Assembly: GCA_963755025.1 (NCBI GenBank)
Contig: CAVWIH010000033.1
Span: 32,001-96,000 of the forward strand
DNA length: 64,000 bases
Direction of reading: 5' to 3'
Origin: an uncultured Actinomycetes bacterium
GTDB lineage: Bacteria; Actinomycetota; Thermoleophilia; UBA2241
Part shown: positions 50,335 to 61,149 of the stretch, one piece after another
Layout: each line of letters begins with the position of its first letter
How positions within the stretch are numbered: the stretch's first letter is position 1
Position numbers and translations under genes: made by a program
Notes under the pieces: model-generated
Seen by the model: only the letters and a program-made list of their open reading frames with translations
Database searches by the model: none
What the model was told of the DNA's origin: nothing

Positions 50335-51830
50335 AGCACGACACAGGCATACCCCAGCCGGTCCACCTGATCGGCGTCGGAGGGGCCGGCATGAGCGGCA
50401 TCGCCGTCGTGCTCTCCAAGCTCGGGGTCGCCGTCACCGGCTCCGACCTCAAGGTCTCGCGCTACACGCGCCACCTGGCCGAGGCGGGGGTGCCGGTCTG
50501 CATAGGGCACGACGCCGCCCAGGTCGGCGGCGCGGCGCTCGTGGTGATCTCCTCGGCCATCCCGGCGGGCAATCCCGAGCTGCAAGAGGCGCGCCGCCGC
50601 GGCCTGCCCGTGCTGCAGCGCGCCGAGATGCTGGCCCGCATCATGGCCACGCGCCGCGGCGTGGCGGTGGCCGGTACCCACGGCAAGACGACGACCTCGT
50701 CGATGATCACCCACGCCATGCTGCGCTGCGACCGCAAACCCACGTTCCTCGTGGGCGGCGACCTGAACGACGTCGGCTCCAACGCCGACGTGGGCGACGG
50801 CGAGTGGCTCGTGGCCGAGGCCGACGAGAGCGACGGCAGCCTGCTCTTCCTGCGCCCCGAGGTCGGCGTGGTCACCAACGTCGAGCTCGACCACCACGCC
50901 AACTACCGCTGCCTGGCCGACGTGCGCGACGTCTTTCGGCGCTTCGTCGCCCTGCTGCCGCCCGGCGGCCGCCTGGTGGTGGCGCGCGACGCGAGCACCG
51001 AGTTCCTCGACGGCGAGACCGAAGCCCAGGTCGTGCGCTACGGCCTGGACGGCGAGGCCGGCGACTCCGCGTCGGCTCGGGCGCCCGGCCCCGGCCCCGG
51101 CCGCCGGTCCGTCGCGCGTGCCGCGGCGAGCCGCGACGGCGACGGGCCCGACCTCACGGCGCTCATCGAGCGGGTCGACGACCGCGGCAGCGTGTTCGAG
51201 GTGCGCGAGGGCGGCGAGCGCCTCGGTCGCGTCGAGCTGCGCGTGCCCGGCGAGCACAACGTGCTGAACGCCCTGGGCGCTCTGGGCGCGCTCGCCCACG
51301 CCGGCGTCACCTTCGACGAGGCGGCGCCGCAGCTGGCCACCTTCAGCGGCGCCGCGCGCCGCTTTCAGGAGGTCGGGCGCCGCGACGGCATCGTGGTGAT
51401 CGACGACTACGCGCATCACCCCACCGAGGTGGCGGCCACGCTCAAGGCGGCGCGCAGCGGCTCGTACCGGCGGGTCATCGCCGTCTTTCAGCCCCACCTG
51501 TTCTCACGCACGCGCTACCTGCAGCGCGAGTTCGGCCGGGCGCTGACCATGGCCGACGAGGCCATCGTCACCGACATCTTCCCGGCGCGCGAAGAGCCCG
51601 AGCCCGGCGTGACGGGCAAGCTCGTCGTCGACGCCTACCTTGTAGAGCGTCCCGGCGGGCCGGTCTACTACCTGCCGCGCCTCGCCGACGCGGTGCGCCA
51701 CCTCCAGGCCCGGGTGCACCCCGGCGACCTGGTCCTCACGATCGGCGCCGGCGACGTGGTGCACGTCGGCGAGCGGCTGCTGGCGGGCCTCGCCGGCGCG
51801 CCGCCCGGAGACGCCGGCGCCGCGCGATGA
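50331..51830 (+). CDS. murC: MurC ligase
   Basis: GVGGAGMS, GTHGKTTT, EADESDG, DDYAHHPTE. Confidence 0.97.
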   Translation: MKHDTGIPQPVHLIGVGGAGMSGIAVVLSKLGVAVTGSDLKVSRYTRHLAEAGVPVCIGHDAAQVGGAALVVISSAIPAGNPELQEARRRGLPVLQRAEMLARIMATRRGVAVAGTHGKTTTSSMITHAMLRCDRKPTFLVGGDLNDVGSNADVGDGEWLVAEADESDGSLLFLRPEVGVVTNVELDHHANYRCLADVRDVFRRFVALLPPGGRLVVARDASTEFLDGETEAQVVRYGLDGEAGDSASARAPGPGPGRRSVARAAASRDGDGPDLTALIERVDDRGSVFEVREGGERLGRVELRVPGEHNVLNALGALGALAHAGVTFDEAAPQLATFSGAARRFQEVGRRDGIVVIDDYAHHPTEVAATLKAARSGSYRRVIAVFQPHLFSRTRYLQREFGRALTMADEAIVTDIFPAREEPEPGVTGKLVVDAYLVERPGGPVYYLPRLADAVRHLQARVHPGDLVLTIGAGDVVHVGERLLAGLAGAPPGDAGAAR

Positions 51831-53017
51831 GCGAGAGCGGCGCACGCCGGCGGCACCCCGTCCTGACCGCTGTGCTGGTCGTGCTCATCGTCGCCGTGCC
51901 GCTGGGCGTCTTCGTCTGGGGGCGCACGTCGGGCACGTTCCGCGTGCGCCACATCGTCTTGAGCGGCGCCCGCCCGGCGCACGACAAGGCCCTCGACGGG
52001 GCCCTGCGGCGCAGCTTCCTGGGCTCGAACCTCTTCCTCGTCACCACCGGCCGCGTGCGCGCCGCGCTCTCGGGCTTTCCGTTCGTGGCCCGCGTGTCGG
52101 TCAATCGCGACTTTCCCGGCACGCTGCGCGTGCACATGAGCGAGTACGTGCCGGCCGCCCTGCTGTCGAGCGGCGGCAACTGGTACGTCGTCTCCAAAGA
52201 GGGCAGGGTGCTGGCCGTGGCCGTCGCCGCCCAGCCCAAGGGCGCGGCGGCGCCGCGCGCCGGCGCCTCGCCGACCACGGGCACGTCGCCCACCACGACC
52301 GCGAGCGGCTCGCCCAGCACGACCACGAGCGGCTCGCCCAGCTCCACGACGAGCGGTTCGCCGTCGACGAGCACGAGCACGCAGCCCTCAGCGAACTCGA
52401 GCACCGCGCCCACGACCAGCGCCTCGACCGGCGCCGACGCCAGCGGCTCGAACGGCACGGCGTCGCCCTCGCCCTCGTCGACCGCCATCCCGCGCCCGGC
52501 CGCCGACGTCAAGCTGCCGCGGGGCACGCGGCGCCTGCCGGCGATCGTCTCCGCGACGCCGCTCACCGTCGGGCGCCACGGTCGCCGACCCCCACGTGCG
52601 CGCCGCGCTGCTCGTGCTCGGCGCCTTGCCGACGGCGCTGCGGCGTCAGGTCCTGGGCGCCGCCGCGACCGACGCCAGCATCCGTATCTACACGTCCGGC
52701 GGCCTCACCGTCGAGTTCGGCGGGACCGCCGGACTGACCGCCAAGATGATCGCCCTCAAGGCCGTGCTGGGGCGCTACAGCGCGCGCGGCGTGGCCTGCA
52801 CGTTCGTCGACGTCTCGGTGCCCGACCGACCCCTGGCGGCGCCCGTACTGTCGAGCGGCGCCACGCAGTCGGTCGGCGGCGGTGCCACGCAGTCGGGCGG
52901 CGGCGCGACGCAGTCCGGCGGCACGACCCAGTCCGGCGGGGGCACAACGCCGACCCCGGGCGCTTCGCCGGCACGACCTCGCCCTCGCCGTCGGGCGGCT
53001 CGACAAGTACTCCCTGA
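51827..53017 (+). CDS. ftsQ: FtsQ/DivIB with Ser/Thr-rich insert and tail (frameshifted)
   Basis: TM, POTRA-like VNRDFPGTLRVH, C-terminal VDVSVPDRP; directly upstream of ftsZ. Confidence 0.82.
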   Translation: MSESGARRRHPVLTAVLVVLIVAVPLGVFVWGRTSGTFRVRHIVLSGARPAHDKALDGALRRSFLGSNLFLVTTGRVRAALSGFPFVARVSVNRDFPGTLRVHMSEYVPAALLSSGGNWYVVSKEGRVLAVAVAAQPKGAAAPRAGASPTTGTSPTTTASGSPSTTTSGSPSSTTSGSPSTSTSTQPSANSSTAPTTSASTGADASGSNGTASPSPSSTAIPRPAADVKLPRGTRRLPAIVSATPLTVGRHGRRPPRARRAARARRLADGAAASGPGRRRDRRQHPYLHVRRPHRRVRRDRRTDRQDDRPQGRAGALQRARRGLHVRRRLGARPTPGGARTVERRHAVGRRRCHAVGRRRDAVRRHDPVRRGHNADPGRFAGTTSPSPSGGSTSTP

Positions 53018-53034
53018 GAGAGGCTCCGAAGTGT

Positions 53035-53235
53035 TTGACACTCCGCGCAAGCGGCCCATATGCTACGAAGGTGGCTCGGTCTCAGTTTGGCGTTCAGGGT
53101 TTGTGAGCAAGCAAAATCCCAGCAAACGAGGCGTTTCTTGAGCTATGCTCCACACGTTTTCAACAAGTCTCAGGGGCCGCTCCATGGTGGTCGCCGGCAA
53201 GACATAAGCCTCGACTTCAACAGGAGGGTTAGGGC
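53035..53235 (+). promoter_or_regulatory. ftsZ promoter/leader with possible regulator site
   Basis: TTGACA(53035)-N18-TATGCT; gacataagcctcgacttcaacaggagggttaggg just before the ATG. Confidence 0.55.
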
Positions 53236-53238
53236 CAC

Positions 53239-54332
53239 ATGATCGAGTCTTCAGGCAACTACCTGGCGGTCATCAAGGTCGTCGGAATCGGCGGCGGCGG
53301 CATCAACGCCGTCAATCGCATGGTCGAAGCGGGCTCAAGGGCGTCGAGTTCATCGCGATCAACACCGACGCGCAGGCCTTGCTGATGAGCGACGCCGACG
53401 TCAAGCTCGACATCGGCCGCGAGCTCACCAGGGGCCTCGGCGCCGGCGCCAACCCGGACGTCGGCTGCAGGCCGCCGCCGAGGAGCACGCGAGGAGATCG
53501 AGGAGGCGCTCAAGGGCGCCGACATGGTCTTCGTCACCGCGGGCGAGGGCGGCGGCACCGGCACCGGCGCGGCGCCCGTGGTCGCCGAGCTCGCCAGCGA
53601 GCTCGGCGCGCTGACCGTCGGCGTGGTGACGCGGCCCGTTCGGGTTCGAGGGCAAGCGCCGCGCCCGGCAGGCCGAAGACGGGCATCCGCGAGCTGCGCG
53701 AGAAGGTCGACACGCTGATCGTCATCCCCAACGACCGGCTGCTGCAGGTCGTCGAGCGGCGCACGTCGATCCTCGACGCCTTCAAGGCCGCCGACGACGT
53801 GCTGCGCCAGGGCGTGCAGGGCATCACCGACCTGATCACCATCCCCGGCCTGATCAACCTCGACTTCGCCGACGTGCGCACGGTCATGTACGACGCCGGC
53901 TCGGCGCTGATGGGCATCGGCGTGGCCGGCGGCGAGAACCGCGCCGTCGAGGCCGCCAAGGTGGCGATCAGCTCGCCGCTGCTCGAAGCCAGCGTCGACG
54001 GCGCCATGGGCGTCCTGCTGTACATCACGGGCGGCGCCGACCTCGGCCTGTTCGAGATCAACGAGGCCGCCGAGATCGTCTCGAGCGCCGCCGACGCCGA
54101 CGCCAACATCATCTTCGGCGCCGTCATCGACGACGCGCTCGGCGACGAGGTGCGCGTCACGGTCATCGCCACCGGCTTCGACGGTCCGCGCAGCGCCGAG
54201 TCGCGGCCCGTACAGAAGGCGCAGACGCCCGCGCCGGCGCCGGCGGCAGGCGTCTTCGGCGCCGAGCCGCGGCCGTCGTTCGAGATCAGCGACGACGTGC
54301 TCGACATTCCCAGCTTCCTCAAGGACCACTAA
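53239..54332 (+). CDS. ftsZ: FtsZ (frameshifted)
   Basis: [26 protein letters not shown]-terminal LDIPSFLK. Confidence 0.97.
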
Positions 54333-54433
54333 GGGGTGCGCGCCGCGGTCGCGGCCGGTCGCAGTTCGTCGAGTTCCCAGCAAAAGCTATAGTTTGCAGG
54401 TAAACTGCCGATATGGTCTGCTGCGGGCGCCGA

Positions 54434-54462
54434 TTGCAATCACCAACCCCTTTCTCTATGCT
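54434..54462 (+). promoter_or_regulatory. Putative secDF promoter
   Basis: TTGCAA-N17-TATGCT. Confidence 0.55.
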
Positions 54463-54506
54463 GTAGCGCTTGACGGGCCCGTCTCGGGCTCGATCGATCG
54501 GATCCC

Positions 54507-56162
54507 ATGAAACATCGCAAGCAACGAAATATTCTCATCCTGCTCATCGTCGCGGCCCTGGTCGTGGTGTCGGGCTTCTACATCTTTCCGTTCGGCAAGA
54601 AGACGCACCTCGGGCTCGACCTCCAGGGCGGCCTCGAGATCGTCTACAAGGCGGCGCTGCTGAACGGCGACAAGCCGTCGCGCGCCCAGCTCGACCAGAC
54701 GATCAGCATCATCAACCGCCGCGTCAACGGCCTCGGCGTGAGCCGAGGCGGCGGTGCAGATCCAGGGTACCGACCAGATCTCCGTGGCGCTGCCCGGCAT
54801 CAAGAACGTCGACCAGGCCGTGCGCACCGTCGGCCAGACCGCCCAGCTGCAGTTCTTCAACGACGCCAAGCAGCGCGTGTCCGGCCCCGCCGACAGCCTC
54901 GCCGCGGCCGTAAAGACGGCCAAGACCTCGCCGCTGGTCGCCGCTGACCGGCCGGCCGACAGGCCGAGCTCCCCAAGCTGGCCAAGGGTCGAGACGTCGA
55001 CCGAAGCTACCTGACGGTGATCGCGCAGAAGGGCATGTACGGCAACAACACCGCGCCGCTCTACTTCATCTACACCCTGCCGCCGGCCATGACCGGCAGC
55101 GCCATCCACAACTCGACCCAGCGTTACGACCAGCGCAACCGCCCCGACGTGCTCATCAACTTCACGAGCGCGGGCGGCAAGCAGTTCGGTAACGTCACAC
55201 GCGAGCTGGCCACCACCGGCCAGATCACGGGCGTGTCGCAGACCTTCGCCATCGTGCTCGACAACCAGATGGAGTCCGACCCGTCGGTCGACTACACCGA
55301 GTACCCCGACGGCATCCAGGGCACGAGCGCCGAGATCACCGGCAGCTTCACCATCGGGCAGGCCAAAGACCTCGCCCTGGTGATCAACACCGGCGCCCTG
55401 CCCGTGCAGCTCAACCAGATCGAAAGCCAGGAAGTCTCGGCCACCCTGGGCAAGGACTCGTTGCACGAAGCGCTCATCGCCGGCATCGTCGGCCTTGGCC
55501 TCATCCTGCTCTACATGCTCATCTACTACCGCTTCCTGGGCCTCGTGGCCGACATCGCGCTGGTCATCTACGGCATCCTGCTGCTCGGCCTGTTCAACGC
55601 CGTGCACGTCACGCTCACGCTGCCGGGCATCGCCGGCATGATCCTCACGATCGGCGTGGCCGCCGACGCCAACGTGGTCATCTTCGAACGCATCAAAGAA
55701 GAGGTGCGCCACGGCCGCACGGTACGCTCGGCGGTCAACTCGGGCTACGCCCGCGGCTTTCGCACCATCCTCGACGCCAACGTCCTGACCCTGCTCACGG
55801 CGGCGGTGATCTTCGAGTTCGCGACGGCGCAGCCCAAGGGATTCGCCTTCACCCTCATGCTCGGTGTGCTGGTCAGCATGTTCACCGCCGTGGTCGCCAC
55901 GCGCGCCATGCTGGGCCTGCTGTCCGACTTCACCTTCTTCAACCGCGCCGAGTTCATGGGTGTGCACGCCTCCGACATCGAGGCAGCCGTCGACGACGGC
56001 GGCACCGGGCGCCGCTCACGGCCGCGGCCGGCCACCGGCAACGGCCGCCCCGGCGCCGTGCTGCGCGCCGGCGACACCGCCGGCATCACGCGCGGCGGCG
56101 ACACGCCGAGCCGCCCGGCCGCCAAGCGCCGCCCGTCGACCGCCCGAAAGAAGAAGAAATAG
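54507..56162 (+). CDS. secD: SecD (frameshifted)
   Basis: LGLDLQGG, RVNGLGVS, GALPV, ADANVVIFERIKEE. Confidence 0.95.
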
Positions 56163-56164
56163 CC

Positions 56165-57124
56165 ATGGCCTGGTTTCGCAAGATCTACTCGTTCGACTAC
56201 ATGGGCCACAAGTACTGGTGGTTCGCGCTTTCGGGCACGGTCATCTGCCTCGGCCTGCTCAGCATGTTCATCCGCGGCGGCGGCAACCCCATCAAGGGCT
56301 TCAACTACGGCCTCGAGTTCAAGTCGGGCTCGCGCGTCGCGGTGACCTTCGTCAAGCCGGCGACCACCTCGCAGGTGCGCGGCGTGGTCGACGCCCAGGG
56401 CTACACCGACGCCGTCATCCAGCAGGTCAAGTCGAGCACCGGGTCGAGCTTTCAGATCTCGACCGCGACGCTGTCGGCCGACCAGCAGCTCGCCCTCAAG
56501 AACGCGCTCGACAAGAGCTTCACCATCGCGCCGACCTCCAACGGCGGCACCGACTGGAACATCAACACGGTGGGCGCCTCGTTCAGCCGCGAGGTCATCA
56601 CCTCGTCGTACAAGGCCATCGGCATAGCGCTCGTCCTCATCCTCATCTACATCTCCATCCGCTTCTCGTGGAAGTTCGCGGTGGGCGCCATCGCCGCCGA
56701 GTTCCACGACCTGCTGGTCGTGATCGGCATCTACTCGCTCACCGGGCGGGTGGTGACCACCGACACCATCGCGGCGGTGCTGACCATCCTCGGCTACTCG
56801 CTCTACGACACCGTCATCGTCTTCGACCGCGTGCGCGAGAACGCGCCCAAGATGTCGCGCGCGCCGTACGGCGACATGGTCAACCGCTCCATCTGGGAGA
56901 CGCTCACCAGGTCCATCAACACGACCCTGATGACCCTCATCCCGGTGGTCTGCCTGCTGCTGTTCGGCGGCTCCACCCTTAAAGACTTCGCCTTCGCGCT
57001 GCTGGTCGGCGTGGCCTCGGGCGCCTACTCGTCGATCTTCGTGGCCAGCCCCGTGCTCACGCTGCTCAAGGAGCGCGAGCCCCTGTACCGCAAGCTCGCG
57101 CTCAAGGCCGGCGAGATCACCTGA
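56165..57124 (+). CDS. secF: SecF
   Basis: GLEFKSG, GYSLYDTVIVFDRVREN, GAYSSIFVASP. Confidence 0.96.
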   Translation: MAWFRKIYSFDYMGHKYWWFALSGTVICLGLLSMFIRGGGNPIKGFNYGLEFKSGSRVAVTFVKPATTSQVRGVVDAQGYTDAVIQQVKSSTGSSFQISTATLSADQQLALKNALDKSFTIAPTSNGGTDWNINTVGASFSREVITSSYKAIGIALVLILIYISIRFSWKFAVGAIAAEFHDLLVVIGIYSLTGRVVTTDTIAAVLTILGYSLYDTVIVFDRVRENAPKMSRAPYGDMVNRSIWETLTRSINTTLMTLIPVVCLLLFGGSTLKDFAFALLVGVASGAYSSIFVASPVLTLLKEREPLYRKLALKAGEIT

Positions 57125-57373
57125 CGAGCGTCGCCGTCGGGGGCCGGTCGAGGTCGGCTGGCGGCTGCTGCGGGCGGCCGTCTCCGACCGGGTATTCGGG
57201 CAAAAGCCAGGCCCGGCGCCCCGCCCCGCGGAGCTCGCCAGAACCCTTCCGGGGGTCGGTCAGCCTCAAGTCGTCTCAGCCTGTCCCGACCGTCGAGGTC
57301 GAGCTCGTGGGGGCCTCAGTTCAGCCTCGTGCAGAGAATGAGGTCGCGCGTGTAGGGAACGGCAATCCGCGCC

Positions 57374-57402
57374 TTTACAACGCCTCCCGGCCACCATACG
57401 CT
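57374..57402 (+). promoter_or_regulatory. Putative promoter for the STAS gene
   Basis: TTTACA-N17-TACGCT. Confidence 0.45.
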
Positions 57403-57547
57403 CGGTGCCGACAACGTGATCGACCGGTGGTCGCCTGACTCGCCGGTAGCTGGCGATCGCCGCACCACCAGCCATCTTCAGTTTCGTCTTCGCCGCACCC
57501 GAGCCGTCGGGCGTGGCGGCCAGGTGATCGACCGCAGGGGGGACCAC

Positions 57548-58048
57548 GTGAGCGCTCAAGCCAAGGACCGCCCCGAAACGGCCGGCCATGCGGTCACGCT
57601 CAAGGGTGGCGGGGGAGGGCTGCGGCTGAGCTTCGTGGGCGCCGGCGAGGTGCCGGTCCTGGCCCTGAGCGGCGAGTTCGACCTCGACAACGTGCCCGAG
57701 ATCGAGCGCTTTCTGCGGCGCCACCTGGGGCCCTTCTTCTTCAAGACCCGCGACCTGGTGCTCGACCTCGCCCTGGTCGAGATGGTCGACTCGGCCTTTG
57801 TGGGGCTTGTGGTGTCGCTCGTCGTGCGGCTGCACGAGCACCGCAGAGAGCTGCTCATCACGCGGCCGGCGGGCTACGTGCGGCGCACCATCGCGCTGGT
57901 GGGCCTGCCCAACGTGGTGCCGGTCTACGAGACTCTCGACGCCGCCATAGGGGCGTTGGCCATGGGTACGCCGCTCATCCCGCCGCCCTTCGACCTGGCG
58001 CCGTGCGCGCCGGTCATGCGCCCGGTGCGGGCGTCGGCGCGCTCGTAG
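57548..58048 (+). CDS. STAS-domain anti-sigma-factor antagonist-like protein
   Basis: LSGEFDL, LVLDL..V..VDSAFVG. Confidence 0.82.
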   Translation: MSAQAKDRPETAGHAVTLKGGGGGLRLSFVGAGEVPVLALSGEFDLDNVPEIERFLRRHLGPFFFKTRDLVLDLALVEMVDSAFVGLVVSLVVRLHEHRRELLITRPAGYVRRTIALVGLPNVVPVYETLDAAIGALAMGTPLIPPPFDLAPCAPVMRPVRASARS

Positions 58049-58109
58049 CGCAGCACCACCACGGGGCCGTGGGGCCCCCGGCGTCGCGCACCCTGCGCGG
58101 GGAACGTCC

Positions 58110-58496
58110 TTAGCTTGCCCTGCGGGCCAGCGTTTCGCTGAGCTCGGTCTGGCGAGCCGCTACCGCCCGGGCCTGGAAGGCCTTCATGCGGCAGGCGTCG
58201 CTGCAATACTTCTTGGCGGGGTTGCTCGTGACGAACTCACGGCTGCACGGCTCGAAGCTGCAGTACCGCGTCATCTCCTCGCGCGGACGCTGCTTGCGGC
58301 TGGGCCGCTTGAGCTCGTCTTTCCAACCGCCGCTATGCAGGGCGCAGATGTTGGACGGATTGTAAGTGGACAGGCGTGTCTCGCAGCCAGACACGGAGCA
58401 GACGCGCCCGCCGCCGTATTGTTTGCTCTTGCTCATGTCGTCGACCTGCACGGAAAGCCGGCGTCCCCTGAGCCCTCTGGTGGTGCGATACTCCAT
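58110..58496 (-). CDS. Small double zinc-finger protein
   Basis: CSVSGC..CALH and CSFEPC..KYCSDACRMKA. Confidence 0.72.
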   Translation of the reverse strand: MEYRTTRGLRGRRLSVQVDDMSKSKQYGGGRVCSVSGCETRLSTYNPSNICALHSGGWKDELKRPSRKQRPREEMTRYCSFEPCSREFVTSNPAKKYCSDACRMKAFQARAVAARQTELSETLARRAS

Positions 58497-58544
58497 GCCG
58501 AACACCCCTTGTCTCGAGCCGGCCTGACCGCCGGCGTCGGCTTG

Positions 58545-58904
58545 CTAGACGGTCGCGCTTTCGAGGGCCTTTTCGCGAGTGGGATAGATGCCGAAGATCC
58601 GGTCGAGTCCCGTGATCTCGAAGATCCGCGTGATGTTCTCGTCGTGGCAGACGATGTCGAGGGTGCCGTTCTGCGGCCGCACGCGCTTGGCGCCACTCAC
58701 CAGGACGCCGAGCGCCGTGGAGTCGATGAAGGTGACGCCGGCCAGATCGACGACGATGTGTTTGGCGCCTTCGTCGATGCTCTGGATCATGACCTCTTTG
58801 AACTGGGGCGCCGAGTAGATGTCGACTTCGCCCTGAAGTGCGACCACGGCTACGTCATCGCCAACGCGTACCAGTTCGACGCCGAATTGTGGCCTGTCGT
58901 CCAT
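58545..58904 (-). CDS. Anti-anti-sigma factor (RsbV/BldG-like)
   Basis: GEVDIYSAP, DLAGVTFIDSTALG, IFEITGL. Confidence 0.93.
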   Translation of the reverse strand: MDDRPQFGVELVRVGDDVAVVALQGEVDIYSAPQFKEVMIQSIDEGAKHIVVDLAGVTFIDSTALGVLVSGAKRVRPQNGTLDIVCHDENITRIFEITGLDRIFGIYPTREKALESATV

Positions 58905-59211
58905 TCACTCCCCTTTTCGCCCCCGGTATGCCTGCCTCGGCGAGGGCTCCGGCCGGGCTCTTGCCCGGCACACCCGCCGATGTGTGGGTTATGGCCACGG
59001 GATTTCCCTCCTAAACGCCCGTACGCAGGAATGTGTGGGCGATCTCTGGCGCGCGAGCGTCCGGGCGCGTGAGTGTCGGGGAGCGAGCGGCAGCGCGATC
59101 CGCCTGAACGGAGCGTGCGTTGCCCGACGACGGCGGCCGGGTAGAGTGGCCTGACGGCGCCCCGCGGGGGGGAGCCCGTGGCACGGCCACAACTGCGGCT
59201 TGGGGGGACAC

Positions 59212-59676
59212 ATGGGTCTTGCGGCGATCGTGTCGGCGCTCACCACCAAAGCGCCATCCGGAGCGGTGCTGGCGCTGGTGGTCAGCCTGGTAGCCGCCGC
59301 CATGCTCACCGCCGGCTGGCGCCTTGCGGTGGCCCGGCGCTACACGGCGCACCGTGTCGTGCAGACCGCGGCGGTCGCGCTCAGCAGCGCGATCATCGTC
59401 ACCTGGATGATCAGGTCGTTCGTGCGCTATGTCGCGCCCCAGATCCCGGCCAGGCTGAGTCAGCGCGCCTACGCGGTGGCCACCGTGCACGCCGCTGTGG
59501 GCGTGGTCGCCCTCGTGCTCGGCCTGTACGTCGTTCTCGGCGCCTTCAAGGTCCTGCCGGCGCGCCTGAGCTTCACGCGCTTCAAGCCCGTCATGCGCAG
59601 CTCGTACGCGCTCTACCTGCTCGGCGCGCTCACCGGCGTGGTGCTCTACGCCGTGGCCTACGCCGGCCTGGGCTAG
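59212..59676 (+). CDS. 4-TM membrane protein (DUF420-like)
   Basis: Four hydrophobic helices with intramembrane His (AHR, VHA). Confidence 0.55.
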   Translation: MGLAAIVSALTTKAPSGAVLALVVSLVAAAMLTAGWRLAVARRYTAHRVVQTAAVALSSAIIVTWMIRSFVRYVAPQIPARLSQRAYAVATVHAAVGVVALVLGLYVVLGAFKVLPARLSFTRFKPVMRSSYALYLLGALTGVVLYAVAYAGLG

Positions 59677-59714
59677 CCGCGGCGATCCGCGGCCGGGCGA
59701 TCTGCGACCGGGCG

Positions 59715-61149
59715 ATGGACGGGCTCGTCGGGCAGCTCCGTTACGACCGGCGCCTGCTGGCGCTCAGCGTCGCGTTGCAGCTCGCGCTCGGCCTGGTGCT
59801 CGGCCACTCCTACGACACGCGTCTCTTCATGGCGACCGGCTTTCTCGCCGGCACCGGCCGCGACCCGTACGCGGCGCTCGACCTCGTGCGCGTGTTCCAC
59901 CACGCCGGCTTCAGCCACATCACCTCGGTGGGGTATCCGCCGCCCTGGCCGCTGCTCGCCGGCCTGATCTACCGCGTGAGCTACGCGCCGACCCACGACC
60001 TGCTGCTCTACAATCTGGCCCTCAAGCTGCCGGTGATCGCCGCCAACGTCGGTCTCGCCTACCTGGTCGCGGCCATCCTGCGCGAGCGCGGCGCCTCGTC
60101 GGCCGTCGCCCGGCACGCCTGGGCGCTGCTGCTCCTGAACCCCTTCCTCGTGTACGTGGGGGCGGCCTGGGGCGAGATCGACGCCATCGTCGCCCTGCTC
60201 GCCCTGGCGGCCCTGTGGCTGCTCTACCGCGGTCGCGGTGACCTGTCGGCCGTGCTGCTGGCCCTGGCCTTCTGCGTGAAACCCATCGCCCTGCCGCTCC
60301 TGCCCGCCGCCCTGCTCTACCTGGCGTCGCGCTCGCTGCCGCGGGCGCTGCGTTACGCCGGCGTGTGGCTGGGCGCCGCGCTCCTGTTGTACGTCGCGCC
60401 GTTCTTTGCCTTCGGCTGGGACCGGACGCCGTTCACCCAGAGCCTGAACGTCCACTTCGTGCACCAGGGGGCGCTCTCGTTCATGACAGTCGTCAGGCTC
60501 TTTCGCGACCCCCTGCTCATGCAGGGCCGGTGGTGGTTGCTGGGCCTGGCCTGGGCGCCGGCCCTGGTGCTCGGCGTCGTCGTGCTCTGGGCGCGGCGCG
60601 GTCGGCCGGCGCCCGACGGCGCGGCGCAGTTCGCGCCCGACGGCGGCGCGCCGCCGGCGCGCCGCGCGGGCGGCGTCACCTCGCCGGCGCGCCGCGCGGG
60701 CAGCGTCACCCCGCCGCCGCCCGCATGATGACTTCGACGAGCTGCTCACGATGGCCACGGGGCTCACCCTGCTCGTCTTCCTGACGCGCACCTGGGTCGC
60801 CGAGCCCAACATCGTGCTGATCGTCCCCCTGGTGGCTCTGCTGACCGCCACGGGCGCCCTCGACCGCCGCGCCCTGACGGCCGTCTGGGCCCTGCCCCTG
60901 GCGTTCACGGTGTTCAACGCCTCGCCGCTGCAGCTGCTGTGGGTCTCGGCGCCGGGCCTCATGGCGCGGCTGCTGGCCGACGTCGGCCGCTACGGCCAGG
61001 CCACCCTGCTGGCGCGCGCCGCCCTGGTGGTCGCCTGGCAGGTCGCGGGCTGGTGGATCGTGGTCGTCTGCTTGCGGCGGCGCACCGTGGGCGCAGCCCG
61101 GCGCTCGAGCCCGCTCGGCGAGCGGCCGGTCGCGGAGGTGCGGTCGTGA
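59715..61149 (+). CDS. Polytopic GT-C glycosyltransferase (GT87/PIG-M-like), frameshift near 60725
   Basis: GH-YD loop, GYPPPW, KLPVI, LLNP, WGEID, VKP. Confidence 0.78.

Noticed and set aside
60720-60735. TGA read-through or selenocysteine in the GT-C gene (also secD near 55012)
   Set aside because: The continuation is in a different frame, consistent with an indel rather than recoding
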